Assembly: GCA_050246315.1 (NCBI GenBank)
Contig: JBFWWG010000001.1
Coordinates: forward strand, 576,001-640,000
Length of the DNA: 64,000 nucleotides
Reading direction: 5' to 3'
Origin: Nitrospiraceae bacterium
GTDB taxonomy: Bacteria > Nitrospirota > Nitrospiria > Nitrospirales > Nitrospiraceae
A model generated the notes under the pieces. The model made no database searches and was not told where the DNA came from. It saw only the letters and a program-made list of their open reading frames with translations. This document shows, in pieces, positions 48,613 to 58,467 of the stretch. The stretch's first letter is position 1. The number at the start of each line of letters is the position of its first letter. The position numbers were made by a program, and so were the translations under genes.

Positions 48613-49556
48613 CCGTCACCGTCTTTCTCGGGGCCTGCGCCTTGGATCTTGCGATCGGAGATCCACGGTGGCTGCCGCATCCGATCCGGGGGATCGGCCG
48701 GCTCATCGGCTGGATCGAGCCGGCTCTCCATTCGACCGCTCGACGTCCGGTCATCGCCATCTGGGCGGGCGTCGCCGTCGCGCTGGTAGTCCCGGTCCTG
48801 ACCTATCTCGTTGTCTGGGGTTGGGTGGCTGGGGCTCATCAGGTTCATCCAGAGCTTGGGCTGGTCGTCGAGCTGGTCTTCTCGTTCTTCGCCCTTGCCG
48901 CTCGCGATCTTCAGGACCATGCCAAGGCTGTCGAGCAGGCGCTGGTCGGCGGCTCATTGGGGAATGCTCGACAGGCGGTCGGGCGGATTGTCGGACGGGA
49001 TACGGCCTCGTTGTCCGAGAGCGAGGTCGTCAGGGCGACAATTGAAACGGTGGCGGAAAGCGCCTGCGACGGCATCGTCGCCCCGTTATTCTTTCTGGCT
49101 CTCGGCGGAGCGCCGCTGGCGTGGGCCTATAAGGCCGTCAACACGCTCGATTCGATGATCGGCCATCCCGAACCTCCCTATCGTGACCTCGGCTGGGCGT
49201 CGGCTCGGTTGGACGACGTGATGAACTGGCTACCGGCACGAGTGACCGGCCTGCTGATCGTCGCCGCCGCGGGCGTGCGATTTCTGAGTCTCGCGCGGCT
49301 GCGTCAGGCCTGGATGATTCTGCGCCGCGACGGAGGGCGCCATCCGAGTCCGAACAGCGGTCGGCCCGAAGCCGCCATGGCCGGGGCTCTGCTTGTTCGA
49401 CTCGGCGGGGTGAACGTCTACGAAGGGATCGCCAAGGTAAGACCGATGATCGGTGCGGACGTGCGGCCCCTTACGCCCGACCTGATTCCCGAATCCTTGT
49501 CGCTGATGTGGGTCGCATCAGCCCTGGCGGCGGCGCTGGCCTGTTGGATGCTGTGA
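48609..49556 (+). CDS. cbiB: Adenosylcobinamide-phosphate synthase
   Basis: GDPRWLPHP, IVGRDT, YKAVNTLDSMIG, SPNSGRPEAAMAGAL. Confidence 0.93.
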   Translation: MTVTVFLGACALDLAIGDPRWLPHPIRGIGRLIGWIEPALHSTARRPVIAIWAGVAVALVVPVLTYLVVWGWVAGAHQVHPELGLVVELVFSFFALAARDLQDHAKAVEQALVGGSLGNARQAVGRIVGRDTASLSESEVVRATIETVAESACDGIVAPLFFLALGGAPLAWAYKAVNTLDSMIGHPEPPYRDLGWASARLDDVMNWLPARVTGLLIVAAAGVRFLSLARLRQAWMILRRDGGRHPSPNSGRPEAAMAGALLVRLGGVNVYEGIAKVRPMIGADVRPLTPDLIPESLSLMWVASALAAALACWML

Positions 49557-50641
49557 TGATGGACGATCGCCACGGGGGCAACCTCTATCGCGCGGCGCGC
49601 GATCTGCAGTGTCGTCCATCCGACTTGGTGGATTTCAGTGCCAGCATCAATCCGCTGGGGCCGTCTCTTTCGGTCCTTCGGGCTCTGCGAAAGAGCCAGT
49701 GGATGCTGCGCCATTATCCAGACCCGGAGGCTCATGATCTGGTCGAGGCGCTGAGCAAACGATCCGGTCTCAGCTCCGCCTGCTTCCTGCTCGGCAATGG
49801 ATCAGCGGAACTGCTGTACCTGCTTCCCGTCGCTATCCCGATCACACAGGCTTTGATCATCGGGCCCACGTTTTCCGAGTACGAACGGGCCGTCAGTCGA
49901 GCGGGAGGTCGTTGCACGCATCTCTCGGCACTGCGTGCCGATGAGTATCGACCACCGATTGAAGCGGCGTTGGACCTGATCCGAACGAGTCGGACGCGCA
50001 TCGAGGCCGTCTTCCTCTGCAATCCCAACAGTCCGACCGGTCGCGTGATCGACAAGGGCGACCTGCTCGAATTTATCGCGGCGCTGGCCGGTGTGAATGT
50101 CCTGATGATCATCGATGAATCATTCATCGAGTTTGCGGCGAATCAGTCGGTGCTGCAGGACGTGCCGAATCATCCGCATCTCCTGGTCCTGCGCAGCTTC
50201 ACGAAGTTTTATGCTATCCCCGGTCTTCGGATCGGCTATCTGGCGGCCCACCCGGATGTCGTGGCACGGATGAGGCGGCGGCAGCCTCCCTGGTCGGTCA
50301 ATGCGATGGCCCAGGCCGCGGCCTTGGCCGGTCTAAAGGACGCGACCTATCGGCGAAAGACTCTGGCGATGGTGAGGGATGAGCGCGCGCGACTCAGCGG
50401 AGCCTTGGGCGCGATGTCGGGCCTCCACGTCTTTCCCTCCGAAGCCAACTTCCTCTTGGTGGAACTCCCGGCATCCGTCCGCTCATCCGATCTGGTCGAC
50501 CGGCTCCGCCATGATGGACTGCTGCTTCGAGACTGCGCCACGATCCTCGGACTGAGCGAGCGCATGATTCGCATCGCGATCCGAACCCCCAGAGAGAACG
50601 ATCGGTTGGTGCGGTGCCTCAAGGCGATTCTACATGGGTAA
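49556..50641 (+). CDS. cobD: L-threonine-O-3-phosphate decarboxylase (PLP-dependent)
   Basis: HGGN, DFSASINPLG, YPDP, CNPNSPTG, DESF, RSFTKFYAIPGLRIGY. Confidence 0.9.
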   Translation: MMDDRHGGNLYRAARDLQCRPSDLVDFSASINPLGPSLSVLRALRKSQWMLRHYPDPEAHDLVEALSKRSGLSSACFLLGNGSAELLYLLPVAIPITQALIIGPTFSEYERAVSRAGGRCTHLSALRADEYRPPIEAALDLIRTSRTRIEAVFLCNPNSPTGRVIDKGDLLEFIAALAGVNVLMIIDESFIEFAANQSVLQDVPNHPHLLVLRSFTKFYAIPGLRIGYLAAHPDVVARMRRRQPPWSVNAMAQAAALAGLKDATYRRKTLAMVRDERARLSGALGAMSGLHVFPSEANFLLVELPASVRSSDLVDRLRHDGLLLRDCATILGLSERMIRIAIRTPRENDRLVRCLKAILHG

Positions 50642-51374
50642 GCGAAGGCACGGACATGCCGAGTCGATCACGACTCGCTTTATGCTGAAGGATCGGACCT
50701 TGCTGATCGATCTGGGGCGGTCTCGCCGAATCCTTTCATCCGCGCCGCGAGGCGGCGGTCTGGTTCGGGCGCGCTCCATCATCAACCATCAAGTCCCGGA
50801 CAATCCCATTCGAGGCGCCTCGCCCGCTCCCCGCATCGCCGATCTCGCTGCGGTGCGACGCTGGGGCGATCCAGCTCGGTATCTGGGCTGCGTCGCAGCG
50901 AGGCTCCAGGCCCATCCGCCCGTAGTTGGCCTGATGACGGCCGTGTCATTGGACCGGCTGATGATCTGTCGCGAGCAACAAGAGGAATTCTGGGTGGAAG
51001 GATTCTTCACGGTAGGAGTCACGAATGCTGTGAGGGTGGGTGAGGCGGCCGACCTTGGCGAACGGCGAGTGGCATCGCGAGAGGCCGGGACGATCAACAT
51101 CATCCTCATCACCAACGCCGCGCTCACGGTTTCGGCAATGGTCACAGCGGTCCAGGTGGCGACGGAAGGCAAGACGGCGGCCCTGTTGGAGGCCGAGATT
51201 CCCAGTTGGACCGGTCGTCCAGGGGCGACAGGGACCGGAACGGATGCGGTGGTCATCGCCGGAGGCGACGGGCCGCCTGCTCGCTATAGCGGTACCCACA
51301 CGACGATCGGATGGCTGATCGGACGGCTCGTTCGCCGTGCGGTGGCCAAGGGGTTGCGCCATGCTCGGGCATGA
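50634..51374 (+). CDS. cbiZ: Adenosylcobinamide amidohydrolase
   Basis: LSSAPRGGG, GLMTAV, TVGVTNA, GTINIIL, ATGTGTDA. Confidence 0.85.
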   Translation: MGKRRHGHAESITTRFMLKDRTLLIDLGRSRRILSSAPRGGGLVRARSIINHQVPDNPIRGASPAPRIADLAAVRRWGDPARYLGCVAARLQAHPPVVGLMTAVSLDRLMICREQQEEFWVEGFFTVGVTNAVRVGEAADLGERRVASREAGTINIILITNAALTVSAMVTAVQVATEGKTAALLEAEIPSWTGRPGATGTGTDAVVIAGGDGPPARYSGTHTTIGWLIGRLVRRAVAKGLRHARA

Positions 51375-51743
51375 CCACCCGGTGCATCTTGATGGCCCGT
51401 GACAGAGGCCGGCGGTACTGTGATCGCGATCGCTGGAAAGGCCGGGTCGAGGCAGGAACACCGGGCTCATCCGCGACACATGAGCTACCTGACGGTGCTG
51501 CAGGTGGGCCGTGCGCTGATATGTTGGGCCGGGTGTGGCGAGTGCGACGATCAGTTTCAGGTACTCCCGGTGGAGGAACGGGAACGGCTCCATCTGGAGT
51601 TGTAGGATCAGCCGGGCGACCTTGCGGGTTCCCCGTCGGCTACCCCTCGACCGCACTTCCCCAGCCGAGTTGTACAGCATCCGGCCCGTTTGTATTATGA
51701 GATCGTCTGTCGGTTTCACGTTTGCTGGAGCGGTGAACTCATC

Positions 51744-53162
51744 ATGATGCGAAGGATGGGCGTGCTGGCCTGCGGACTGTTGTCGGCGGTGCTCTGTCTC
51801 GGGGCGTCGTCGCCGCCTCCTTTGCGCGTCAGTGACAACGGCCGGTTCCTGGTCACGAAGGAGGGAACGCCGTTCTTCTGGTTGGGGGACACCGCCTGGT
51901 CCTTGACGAAGCTGAGCAAGGACGAGATTAGCCGGTATTTGGCTGATCGTGCGGCCAAGGGCTTCACCGTCATTCAGGTGACCGGCGGGTTCAATGAGGA
52001 CTGGATGGGCTTTCGCGAATCACCGTTCCTCGACAACGACACCGATCAGCCACGGGAATCCTATTGGCGGCACGTCGATTTTATTGTGGATGAAGCCGCG
52101 CGGCAGGGGCTCTACGTCGATCTCGTCGTCATGTGGGGCCAGGCCTATCGGCCGGCGTTCGGAGAGGATGCGGAGAAGGCGCGCCGGTTGGGAGGGTGGC
52201 TCGGCACCCGTTATCGGGATCGATCGAATGTGATCTGGGTGGTCAGCGGCGAATACGACTCGATCAATGACTACAATCCTGCTCTTTCTTCCGATCAACG
52301 TGCGCTGTTAGTGGCGATGGCCCAAGGGCTGCGTAACGGCCATGGCGGGCGGCAGCTCATGTCGATCCATCCGGGAGTTCCGGCCACTTCCGCCATCGAA
52401 TTTCATCAGGAGCCCTGGCTTGATTTCAACATGCTCCAGTCCGGGCACATGGATGATGCACAGGCCTGGCGATGTGGGTGGTCTGATGGACCCTGCGCCG
52501 AGTCCTATGAGCTGGTCACGGCGGAGTATCAACGCAAACCGGTCAAACCGGTGATCGATGCCGAGCCGATCTACGACACGAAGCCCGACGGCTTCTATAT
52601 GGGCGAGCCCGGTCCCGGGCCGCGCGTCGGCGAGGAGGTGATTCGGAGAAAAGCCTACTGGGCGGTCTTTGCCGGCGCATTCGGCCATGTCTATGGGCAC
52701 AACGACATCGAGGTGTTCTATGTGCCTGGCGAGCCGACCACCAACGGTCAAGCTGGGCATTGGCAGGATGCGTTGCAGGCGCCCGCAGCGGGACAGCTTC
52801 GGTATCTACGAACGCTTGTGGAGTCGCGTCCCATGCTCTCGCGCGTTCCGGATCAATCTCTGATTGCGTCCGATCCCGGGCGCGGCATCCACCATGTTCA
52901 GGCCACGCGTTCATCTGACGGCGCCTATGCGTGGCTCTACCTTCCCACCGGCAGTTCTGTGGCGGTGAATCTGGAGCGGTTGGCCGCCTCCGGGACGGCG
53001 TCCTGGTTTGATCCACGAACCGGCCGGTCGATACCAATCGGAGAGTTTATCAAGAGCGGGATCCGAGAGTTCGACCCGCCGGGGGAAACGGCGAGTGGGA
53101 ATGACTGGGTATTGGTCTTGGACGCAGGCACAGGTCAACCGAGGAACGGAAAGGAGGAGTGA
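51744..53162 (+). CDS. Exported glycoside hydrolase, DUF4038/GH140 (apiosidase-like) with C-terminal putative collagen-binding domain
   Basis: PFFWLGDTAW, KGFTVIQ, DFNMLQSGH, KPVIDAEPIY, AGAFGHVYG, WFDPRTG, DWVLVL. Confidence 0.8.
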   Translation: MMRRMGVLACGLLSAVLCLGASSPPPLRVSDNGRFLVTKEGTPFFWLGDTAWSLTKLSKDEISRYLADRAAKGFTVIQVTGGFNEDWMGFRESPFLDNDTDQPRESYWRHVDFIVDEAARQGLYVDLVVMWGQAYRPAFGEDAEKARRLGGWLGTRYRDRSNVIWVVSGEYDSINDYNPALSSDQRALLVAMAQGLRNGHGGRQLMSIHPGVPATSAIEFHQEPWLDFNMLQSGHMDDAQAWRCGWSDGPCAESYELVTAEYQRKPVKPVIDAEPIYDTKPDGFYMGEPGPGPRVGEEVIRRKAYWAVFAGAFGHVYGHNDIEVFYVPGEPTTNGQAGHWQDALQAPAAGQLRYLRTLVESRPMLSRVPDQSLIASDPGRGIHHVQATRSSDGAYAWLYLPTGSSVAVNLERLAASGTASWFDPRTGRSIPIGEFIKSGIREFDPPGETASGNDWVLVLDAGTGQPRNGKEE

Positions 53163-53194
53163 CGGGAGCGGGCCTCACCCGCTCCCGTACGTGC

Positions 53195-53851
53195 CTAATA
53201 GAAGAAGAGGCGAACGCCGACCAGGAACCCGAACGAGGAGGCGTTCCAATCATCCGACCGCACGCCATTGATCGTGACATGACCGTCGTTGCGCTTGTAG
53301 GCCATCTCCACGTTCAATGCCAGTTGTTCCGTGAACGCATAGTCGGCGCCCCATCCAAGCCGCCAGGCGAAGTTGTTGCTTGGGCTGATCGTGGTATTGC
53401 CGATGTTATCGCGATCTTCCCCGAATCCGTTCACGTTGACGCCGAAGCTCATGTTCGCATAGGGACTGATCGGTCCGGCCCGAAAGGGTCGGAGTTCAAT
53501 TGTGGGGAGCACGGACACGACGTCCTGATGGCCTAGATTCAGGCTCGGTTGTTCCGAGTCCACCGAATGGCGTTCCCACTCGATCATCATCCCCAGGAAA
53601 ACCCACTTATTGACGGCATACATTGCCTGGAAATTCAACAGACTGCCGACGTCTGTATCCGTATTTTGTGCCAACTCCTGTGTCAACGGGGCGAACCCGG
53701 CCCGCATGCCCAAGTACCAGGTACCGGGCTTCACACCTTCATAGGTCTGCTTCCATTTATCCTCTGCCTGGGCGGTCGAGGGACTGAGGAAGGCCGGCAA
53801 ACACCAACTCAGGAACAGCAACAGGATCAACGCAAGACGGGACAGTCGCAT
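53195..53851 (-). CDS. Outer-membrane beta-barrel protein (8-stranded OmpA/OmpW-like)
   Basis: Signal peptide, amphipathic strands, terminal aromatic (VRLFFY), AAGGAGG RBS. Confidence 0.78.
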   Translation of the reverse strand: MRLSRLALILLLFLSWCLPAFLSPSTAQAEDKWKQTYEGVKPGTWYLGMRAGFAPLTQELAQNTDTDVGSLLNFQAMYAVNKWVFLGMMIEWERHSVDSEQPSLNLGHQDVVSVLPTIELRPFRAGPISPYANMSFGVNVNGFGEDRDNIGNTTISPSNNFAWRLGWGADYAFTEQLALNVEMAYKRNDGHVTINGVRSDDWNASSFGFLVGVRLFFY

Positions 53852-54055
53852 TCGAAACCTCCTTATCGATGTCGATCTCATCATACGAGAGAGGCGGTCG
53901 TCCGGCCGCATCGGAGTCATAGTGCCGCGACTCGCTGATGGCTCGATGTTTCCGTCGCCGCAATCTTGAGAAGACGAGCTGCCTTCCTATAGCCGGAGTG
54001 GAGAAAAAACGCCAGGGTTTTCTTGAGCCGGGGCCGTACCCAACCGAGGGTGACT

Positions 54056-54162
54056 TCGCCCACCTTGTTCATGACCGCTTCTCCTGCAAGCACCGGACGA
54101 CCTATGACTCTCGACAGGCAACGGATGGAACGTCACGAACCGTCATGAATAATGTAGACCAG
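54056..54162. repeat. Short copy of repeat family B
   Basis: ttcatgaccgcttct ... gcaacggatggaacgtcacgaaccgtcatgaataatg. Confidence 0.65.
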
Positions 54163-54475
54163 CCGGTTCAGCATTCCAACGGTCGAGTCGGAGAGAGAGG
54201 ACGAGTCGCGTCGGCGGAAGGTTCCGACGACGTGCCCGGCTGCTTCGTCGAAGCGGGGCGCGGGTTCGCCGGCCAGTAGCAATCAATCGGGTGTTTGTGA
54301 TCTCCTAAGAAGAAGCCGATCGACACAGTGGCCGCTCTCTTGATCAGGCTGGAACAGAAGCGGAATCTGTGCGATCAGAGAGAGAAAGGCGGAGATTCGT
54401 GGAAGGTACGACCGTACGGACGTCATCCGGATCATCTTCATCCGCCTCTCTCGTAGGTTGAAACGGAGCAACCCG

Positions 54476-55177
54476 ATGCCGTGGAGACAAGATTATCTGT
54501 TCAAAGATCGACGCGATGCAGGCCGGCAACTGGCCCAGGCGCTCCAGCGATATCGTAATGCCACGCAGACCCTCGTGCTCGCATTGCCGCGGGGCGGGTT
54601 GGTCGTGGCCTATGAGATCAGCCTTGCCCTTCATCTTCCACTTGATGTACTGGTGACCCGCAAGCTCGGGACGCCGGGCAATCCCGAACTGGCGATGGGG
54701 GCCTTGTCTGAGACAGGCTACCGGCATCTGAACCGGGATGTCTTGGACTCCTACAATGTGCCTGCTCGTGAACTGGAAGAGGAAGTCCACCGTCAGCAGC
54801 GGGAGATTGCTCGGCGGATCGAACGGTATCGGCAGGGGCACGCATTGCCGGCGCTAGCGGGATGGACGGTCATTCTTGTGGATGACGGGATTGCCACGGG
54901 AGCGACGTTCTATGCTTCGTTGGCGGCCTTGCGTGAGATGAAGGTGGGGCGGCTCGTCGCAGCCGTGCCGGTCGGCCCGGATCGAACGCAGGAGGATCTG
55001 CGCGGGCTGGTCGAGGAAGTCGTCATTCTGTATACCCCTGCGTCGTTTTACGGTATCGGGCAATTTTATGCCGACTTTCATCAGATCGACGATGAAGAAG
55101 TGCTGGCGTGCCTGGAGGGGGCGCGCGCCGCGCTGAAACGGACGTCACTTCTGCACAAGCCCGATCGGAGCACCTGA
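54476..55177 (+). CDS. Phosphoribosyltransferase-family protein
   Basis: FKDRRDAG, LALPRGG, RKLG.PGNPELAMGA, ILVDDGIATGAT PRPP motif, IGQFYADF. Confidence 0.9.
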   Translation: MPWRQDYLFKDRRDAGRQLAQALQRYRNATQTLVLALPRGGLVVAYEISLALHLPLDVLVTRKLGTPGNPELAMGALSETGYRHLNRDVLDSYNVPARELEEEVHRQQREIARRIERYRQGHALPALAGWTVILVDDGIATGATFYASLAALREMKVGRLVAAVPVGPDRTQEDLRGLVEEVVILYTPASFYGIGQFYADFHQIDDEEVLACLEGARAALKRTSLLHKPDRST

Positions 55178-55236
55178 GGGACGACCGACCAACCATGTCT
55201 CATTCATGATTATTTTCAGACAGGGAGACTTGCACG

Positions 55237-56130
55237 ATGCACATTTTGCTGGCTGTGGACCAATCTGCCTATGCGAACACGGTGCTCGCGTGGATGCGGG
55301 AGTTTCCCCATCCGTCCGGCACGCGCCTCACGATCGCGCACATCATCGAACCGTTCGACGTGCTGGACACGTTGCCGGGAGAACCGCGGTCTCGCGTGGA
55401 GCGGAGACGGGCGGATGAAGCCCAGTCGGTCTTGGAGCGAGCCACCTTGGTCCTGCGCAAACGCTATCGCGTCATCAAGTGCGCCCTCCGACAAGGGCCG
55501 GCCATCTATGAACTCCTCAAGCTTGTTCGCGAGAGCCAACCGGATCTCATTGTGACCGGTACGCGCGGACTTGGGGTCGCCAAGGGACTGGTTCTCGGCA
55601 GCGTATCGCAACGACTGTTGAGTTACGCTCCTTGCTCCGTGTTGCTCATTCCGCCGCAGGCGAAGCTCAAGGCGCCGCTGAGGGTGCTTCTCGCGACCGA
55701 TGGCTCGCGTGGGGCCAAGACAGCCGCCGGGATCGTGGCGATCCTGCCCAAGATCGGGCGCATTGGCCTGGTGTCCGTCGTTCCGCCGGTGGATCAGCAA
55801 GAGGTCAGACTCTATGAGCGGGAGACGAAGCAGCCGGCCGGTCTGATCAAGCGCCAAATTCAATTGGCGCGCTATGATTTGGCCAAGCGGGCGATGGACG
55901 CGACGCGAACCGTTTTGGGTGGGGTGAAGGCCGAGGTCCGGACCAAAGTCCTGGTCGGACGTCCGGGCGATGCGCTTCCCCTTGAGGCCAAGCGACAGAG
56001 CAGCGGTCTGCTTGTCCTCGGCTCCCGAGGCTTGACCGGCCGACTCGCTGAGGTGTTGGGGAGCGTGTCGTTAACCGTCGCCCAACGAGCGACCTGTCCG
56101 GTGTTGGTGGTGAAGCGCCCTCTCTCATAA
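55237..56130 (+). CDS. Universal stress protein (two USP domains)
   Basis: ILLAVD..GTRG..LGSVS..CSVL and LLATDGS..GSRG..LGSVS..CPVLVV. Confidence 0.9.
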   Translation: MHILLAVDQSAYANTVLAWMREFPHPSGTRLTIAHIIEPFDVLDTLPGEPRSRVERRRADEAQSVLERATLVLRKRYRVIKCALRQGPAIYELLKLVRESQPDLIVTGTRGLGVAKGLVLGSVSQRLLSYAPCSVLLIPPQAKLKAPLRVLLATDGSRGAKTAAGIVAILPKIGRIGLVSVVPPVDQQEVRLYERETKQPAGLIKRQIQLARYDLAKRAMDATRTVLGGVKAEVRTKVLVGRPGDALPLEAKRQSSGLLVLGSRGLTGRLAEVLGSVSLTVAQRATCPVLVVKRPLS

Positions 56131-56251
56131 CCAGGTGTCCGTGGTCACGTCGATCGCGCTCACCATGTACCCGGATATCCAGCCAAGAGTACGGTGCGAT
56201 CCCGGTGCTTCTACGAAATAGCTGCTGGGGCTTCGCTTGGCCACCAAACTC

Positions 56252-56460
56252 TTAGCCTGCATTATTCATGACGGTTGTCGCGTCCCGCCCGTTGCACATG
56301 AAGCCGCAACGGGTACCCGGCAGTCGCCAAGCGAGACGGCCTCGTGGAGTCGCAAGAGAGTGAGGGGTACTTGGAACAGTACGTCGGACCGACCGAGCGG
56401 CGAGCTCGGCCCCTGGCATGCCGTGAAGCCGCATGCCAGCTTGTCGCAGCGGCGAATTCG
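56252..56460. repeat. Partial copy of repeat family B
   Basis: tagcctgcattattcatgacggtt...cccgttgca...gcaacgggta...gcagtcgcca...tacttggaacagtac...gcggcgag...ttgtcgcagcggcgaat. Confidence 0.7.
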
Positions 56461-56845
56461 CGGAGCCAAAGGCAGGGCCATCAGATTTGCCGTCGGCGAG
56501 TTCGACCGCTGCCGGGAGATGCTGAAGTCGCAAACCACCCCGTTGTCACGAACGTATTCGAAAACCCCGCTTGCCGAATGGTCGTAAATGCGAACCAGGA
56601 CGGTGACCACAGTACCATCCACACGGAAGGGTTGATTCCGGTCGCCCTCCCGTGAAGCATCTTGCGCCGCCCTGGTAGGCTTCGGGAAGACAAATGCAAA
56701 GGGGAGGTCGGTCGGGGAGATGATCAAGCCGCATTCCCGGCGTCTGCGCGGCCCGGAGGTGGGTCTCCAACCTGTGTGTTGTCAGCACTCCGGGCATTGA
56801 CCTAGAATGCAGCCCCAGCTTCTTTGCCGCCTACTTCGAGGCGTC

Positions 56846-57550
56846 ATGCGATATCTTGCCGGGGTCCTTCTGCTGATCAGTTGTTTGCCCGGATGTGCCG
56901 GGAACATCAAAGATACTGATCTGATCTCCAGCAATACGTTCTTCCTCCAACCCAGTGTCCAGAACAGGGTCTTCGTCCAGGCGCGCAATTTGTCGGACAA
57001 TCAGGCGGCGACCCTGACCGACCTTGGCGCGCGGTTGACGGCGAAAGGCTATCAGGTGGTGCAGGATCCGGACGCGGCGAACTATCTCGTTCTCGCCAAC
57101 ATCGTCTACTGTAACGTGACGAAACCGGAGTTGCCGGTTGAGGCGATGGTCGCCGGCGGCTATGGGGCCGGTTTCGGATCGTCGATGATGGGCGGCCTGA
57201 ATAGCTTGGCAGGCCTGGCCAGTATGGCCGGACCGCAGGGCGCCATGGCAGGCGCCGCGGCTTCGATGGGACTTGGGGCAATCGAGGGTATCGGAAGCGC
57301 GGTCGGCAGCCTGTTCGGAGGATCATCAGGTCGAACGAGCACCGACGAAATCATCTATGCCTGCGTCACCGATCTACAGATAACCGATCGATCCGCCGCG
57401 GCCTCCGGCCAAGCGGCCGATGCCGGTGAGCCATCTGGCGTCTATCAAACGCGTCTTGCGGCCAGCGTGCACCAGAAGAAGATGAAGGAGGAGGAGGCCA
57501 CGCTGATGCTCCAGCAGAAACTCAGCTCGGCCGTGGCGGGAAATTTCTGA
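56846..57550 (+). CDS. TraT-like lipoprotein (copy 1)
   Basis: Lipobox LPGC, SNTFFLQP..VFVQARNLSD, L.AKGYQVV.DPDAANY, Gly-rich middle, TDLQIT, ends AVAGNF. Confidence 0.7.
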   Translation: MRYLAGVLLLISCLPGCAGNIKDTDLISSNTFFLQPSVQNRVFVQARNLSDNQAATLTDLGARLTAKGYQVVQDPDAANYLVLANIVYCNVTKPELPVEAMVAGGYGAGFGSSMMGGLNSLAGLASMAGPQGAMAGAAASMGLGAIEGIGSAVGSLFGGSSGRTSTDEIIYACVTDLQITDRSAAASGQAADAGEPSGVYQTRLAASVHQKKMKEEEATLMLQQKLSSAVAGNF

Positions 57551-58284
57551 TGGGAAACGTATCCGAACGCTTCACGCCGCCCCGTGTCTGCATCGCGAGG
57601 GCGCTGCTTCTGCTGCTCTGCCTCAGTGGCCTGACCACCGGCTGCGCCAATGTCATCCGGGCCGGTCTCATCAATAGCAACACGATCTTTCTTGAGCCGA
57701 GTACGAGTCGCACGGTCTATCTCCAGCCCCGCAACGTGTCGGAAAACCAGCTTGTGAACCTGGGGATCGTCGGCCAGAAACTCGCCGCCAAAGGCTATCA
57801 CGTTGCCGCCGACCCTGATCGGGCGAACTACTGGATACAAGTCAAGGTGGTGTATTGTCACAAGGCCGGCCAGGGCGTGAAGCCCGAGACCATCGCGCAA
57901 AGCGGGTTCGGTTCCGGAATCAGCACCGGTGGGAGTACGGCGCCGTCTGTGATGAGGGGAGGAGACCCTTCCGCCATGATGGGCGGAATGGACATGAACG
58001 CGCTCATGCGGATGGCCATGAGCGGCCGAGGCGGGTTTGGGATGGAACCGCCGCCGGAAGAAGAAGGTGTGACCTATCTGTGCGTGGTTGATGTGCAGAT
58101 CACCGATCGCAGGCTGGGCAAGCCGCTCGGTCGACCAGTCGGAGGGTCGGCACCAACCGGTTCCGCTCCCAAGGTCCAGCAGATGCGGATGGTCGGTCAT
58201 ACGCTGCAGAAGGATCTGGACATTCAGGAAGCGACGCCGATTGTGCAGGAGAAGATCAGCACCGGCATCGCCGGGCTGTTCTGA
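57550..58284 (+). CDS. TraT-like lipoprotein (copy 2)
   Basis: Lipobox TTGC, SNTIFLEP..TVYLQPRNVS, LAAKGY...DPDRANYWIQ, VDVQIT, ends IAGLF. Confidence 0.72.
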   Translation: MGNVSERFTPPRVCIARALLLLLCLSGLTTGCANVIRAGLINSNTIFLEPSTSRTVYLQPRNVSENQLVNLGIVGQKLAAKGYHVAADPDRANYWIQVKVVYCHKAGQGVKPETIAQSGFGSGISTGGSTAPSVMRGGDPSAMMGGMDMNALMRMAMSGRGGFGMEPPPEEEGVTYLCVVDVQITDRRLGKPLGRPVGGSAPTGSAPKVQQMRMVGHTLQKDLDIQEATPIVQEKISTGIAGLF

Positions 58285-58467
58285 ACCATCGAAGATGAGA
58301 GGGCGGACGGTTGAATCATGCGGCCATGAAGGCCTCCTGGTCGGTCACACCAACAATACCTCTAACTGGAGGGAGTCTGTCCTCAGCGAAGGTGCCGGAC
58401 TGCGTTGTGGTGGGACAACGAGAGTAATCAAGGTGGGAAGGAAAATTTCGGACTGAGGACGGTGGAA

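Noticed and set aside
51311..51747. Short ORFs between cbiZ and the glycosidase
   Set aside because: Several overlapping frames, none with recognisable motifs or a clear RBS
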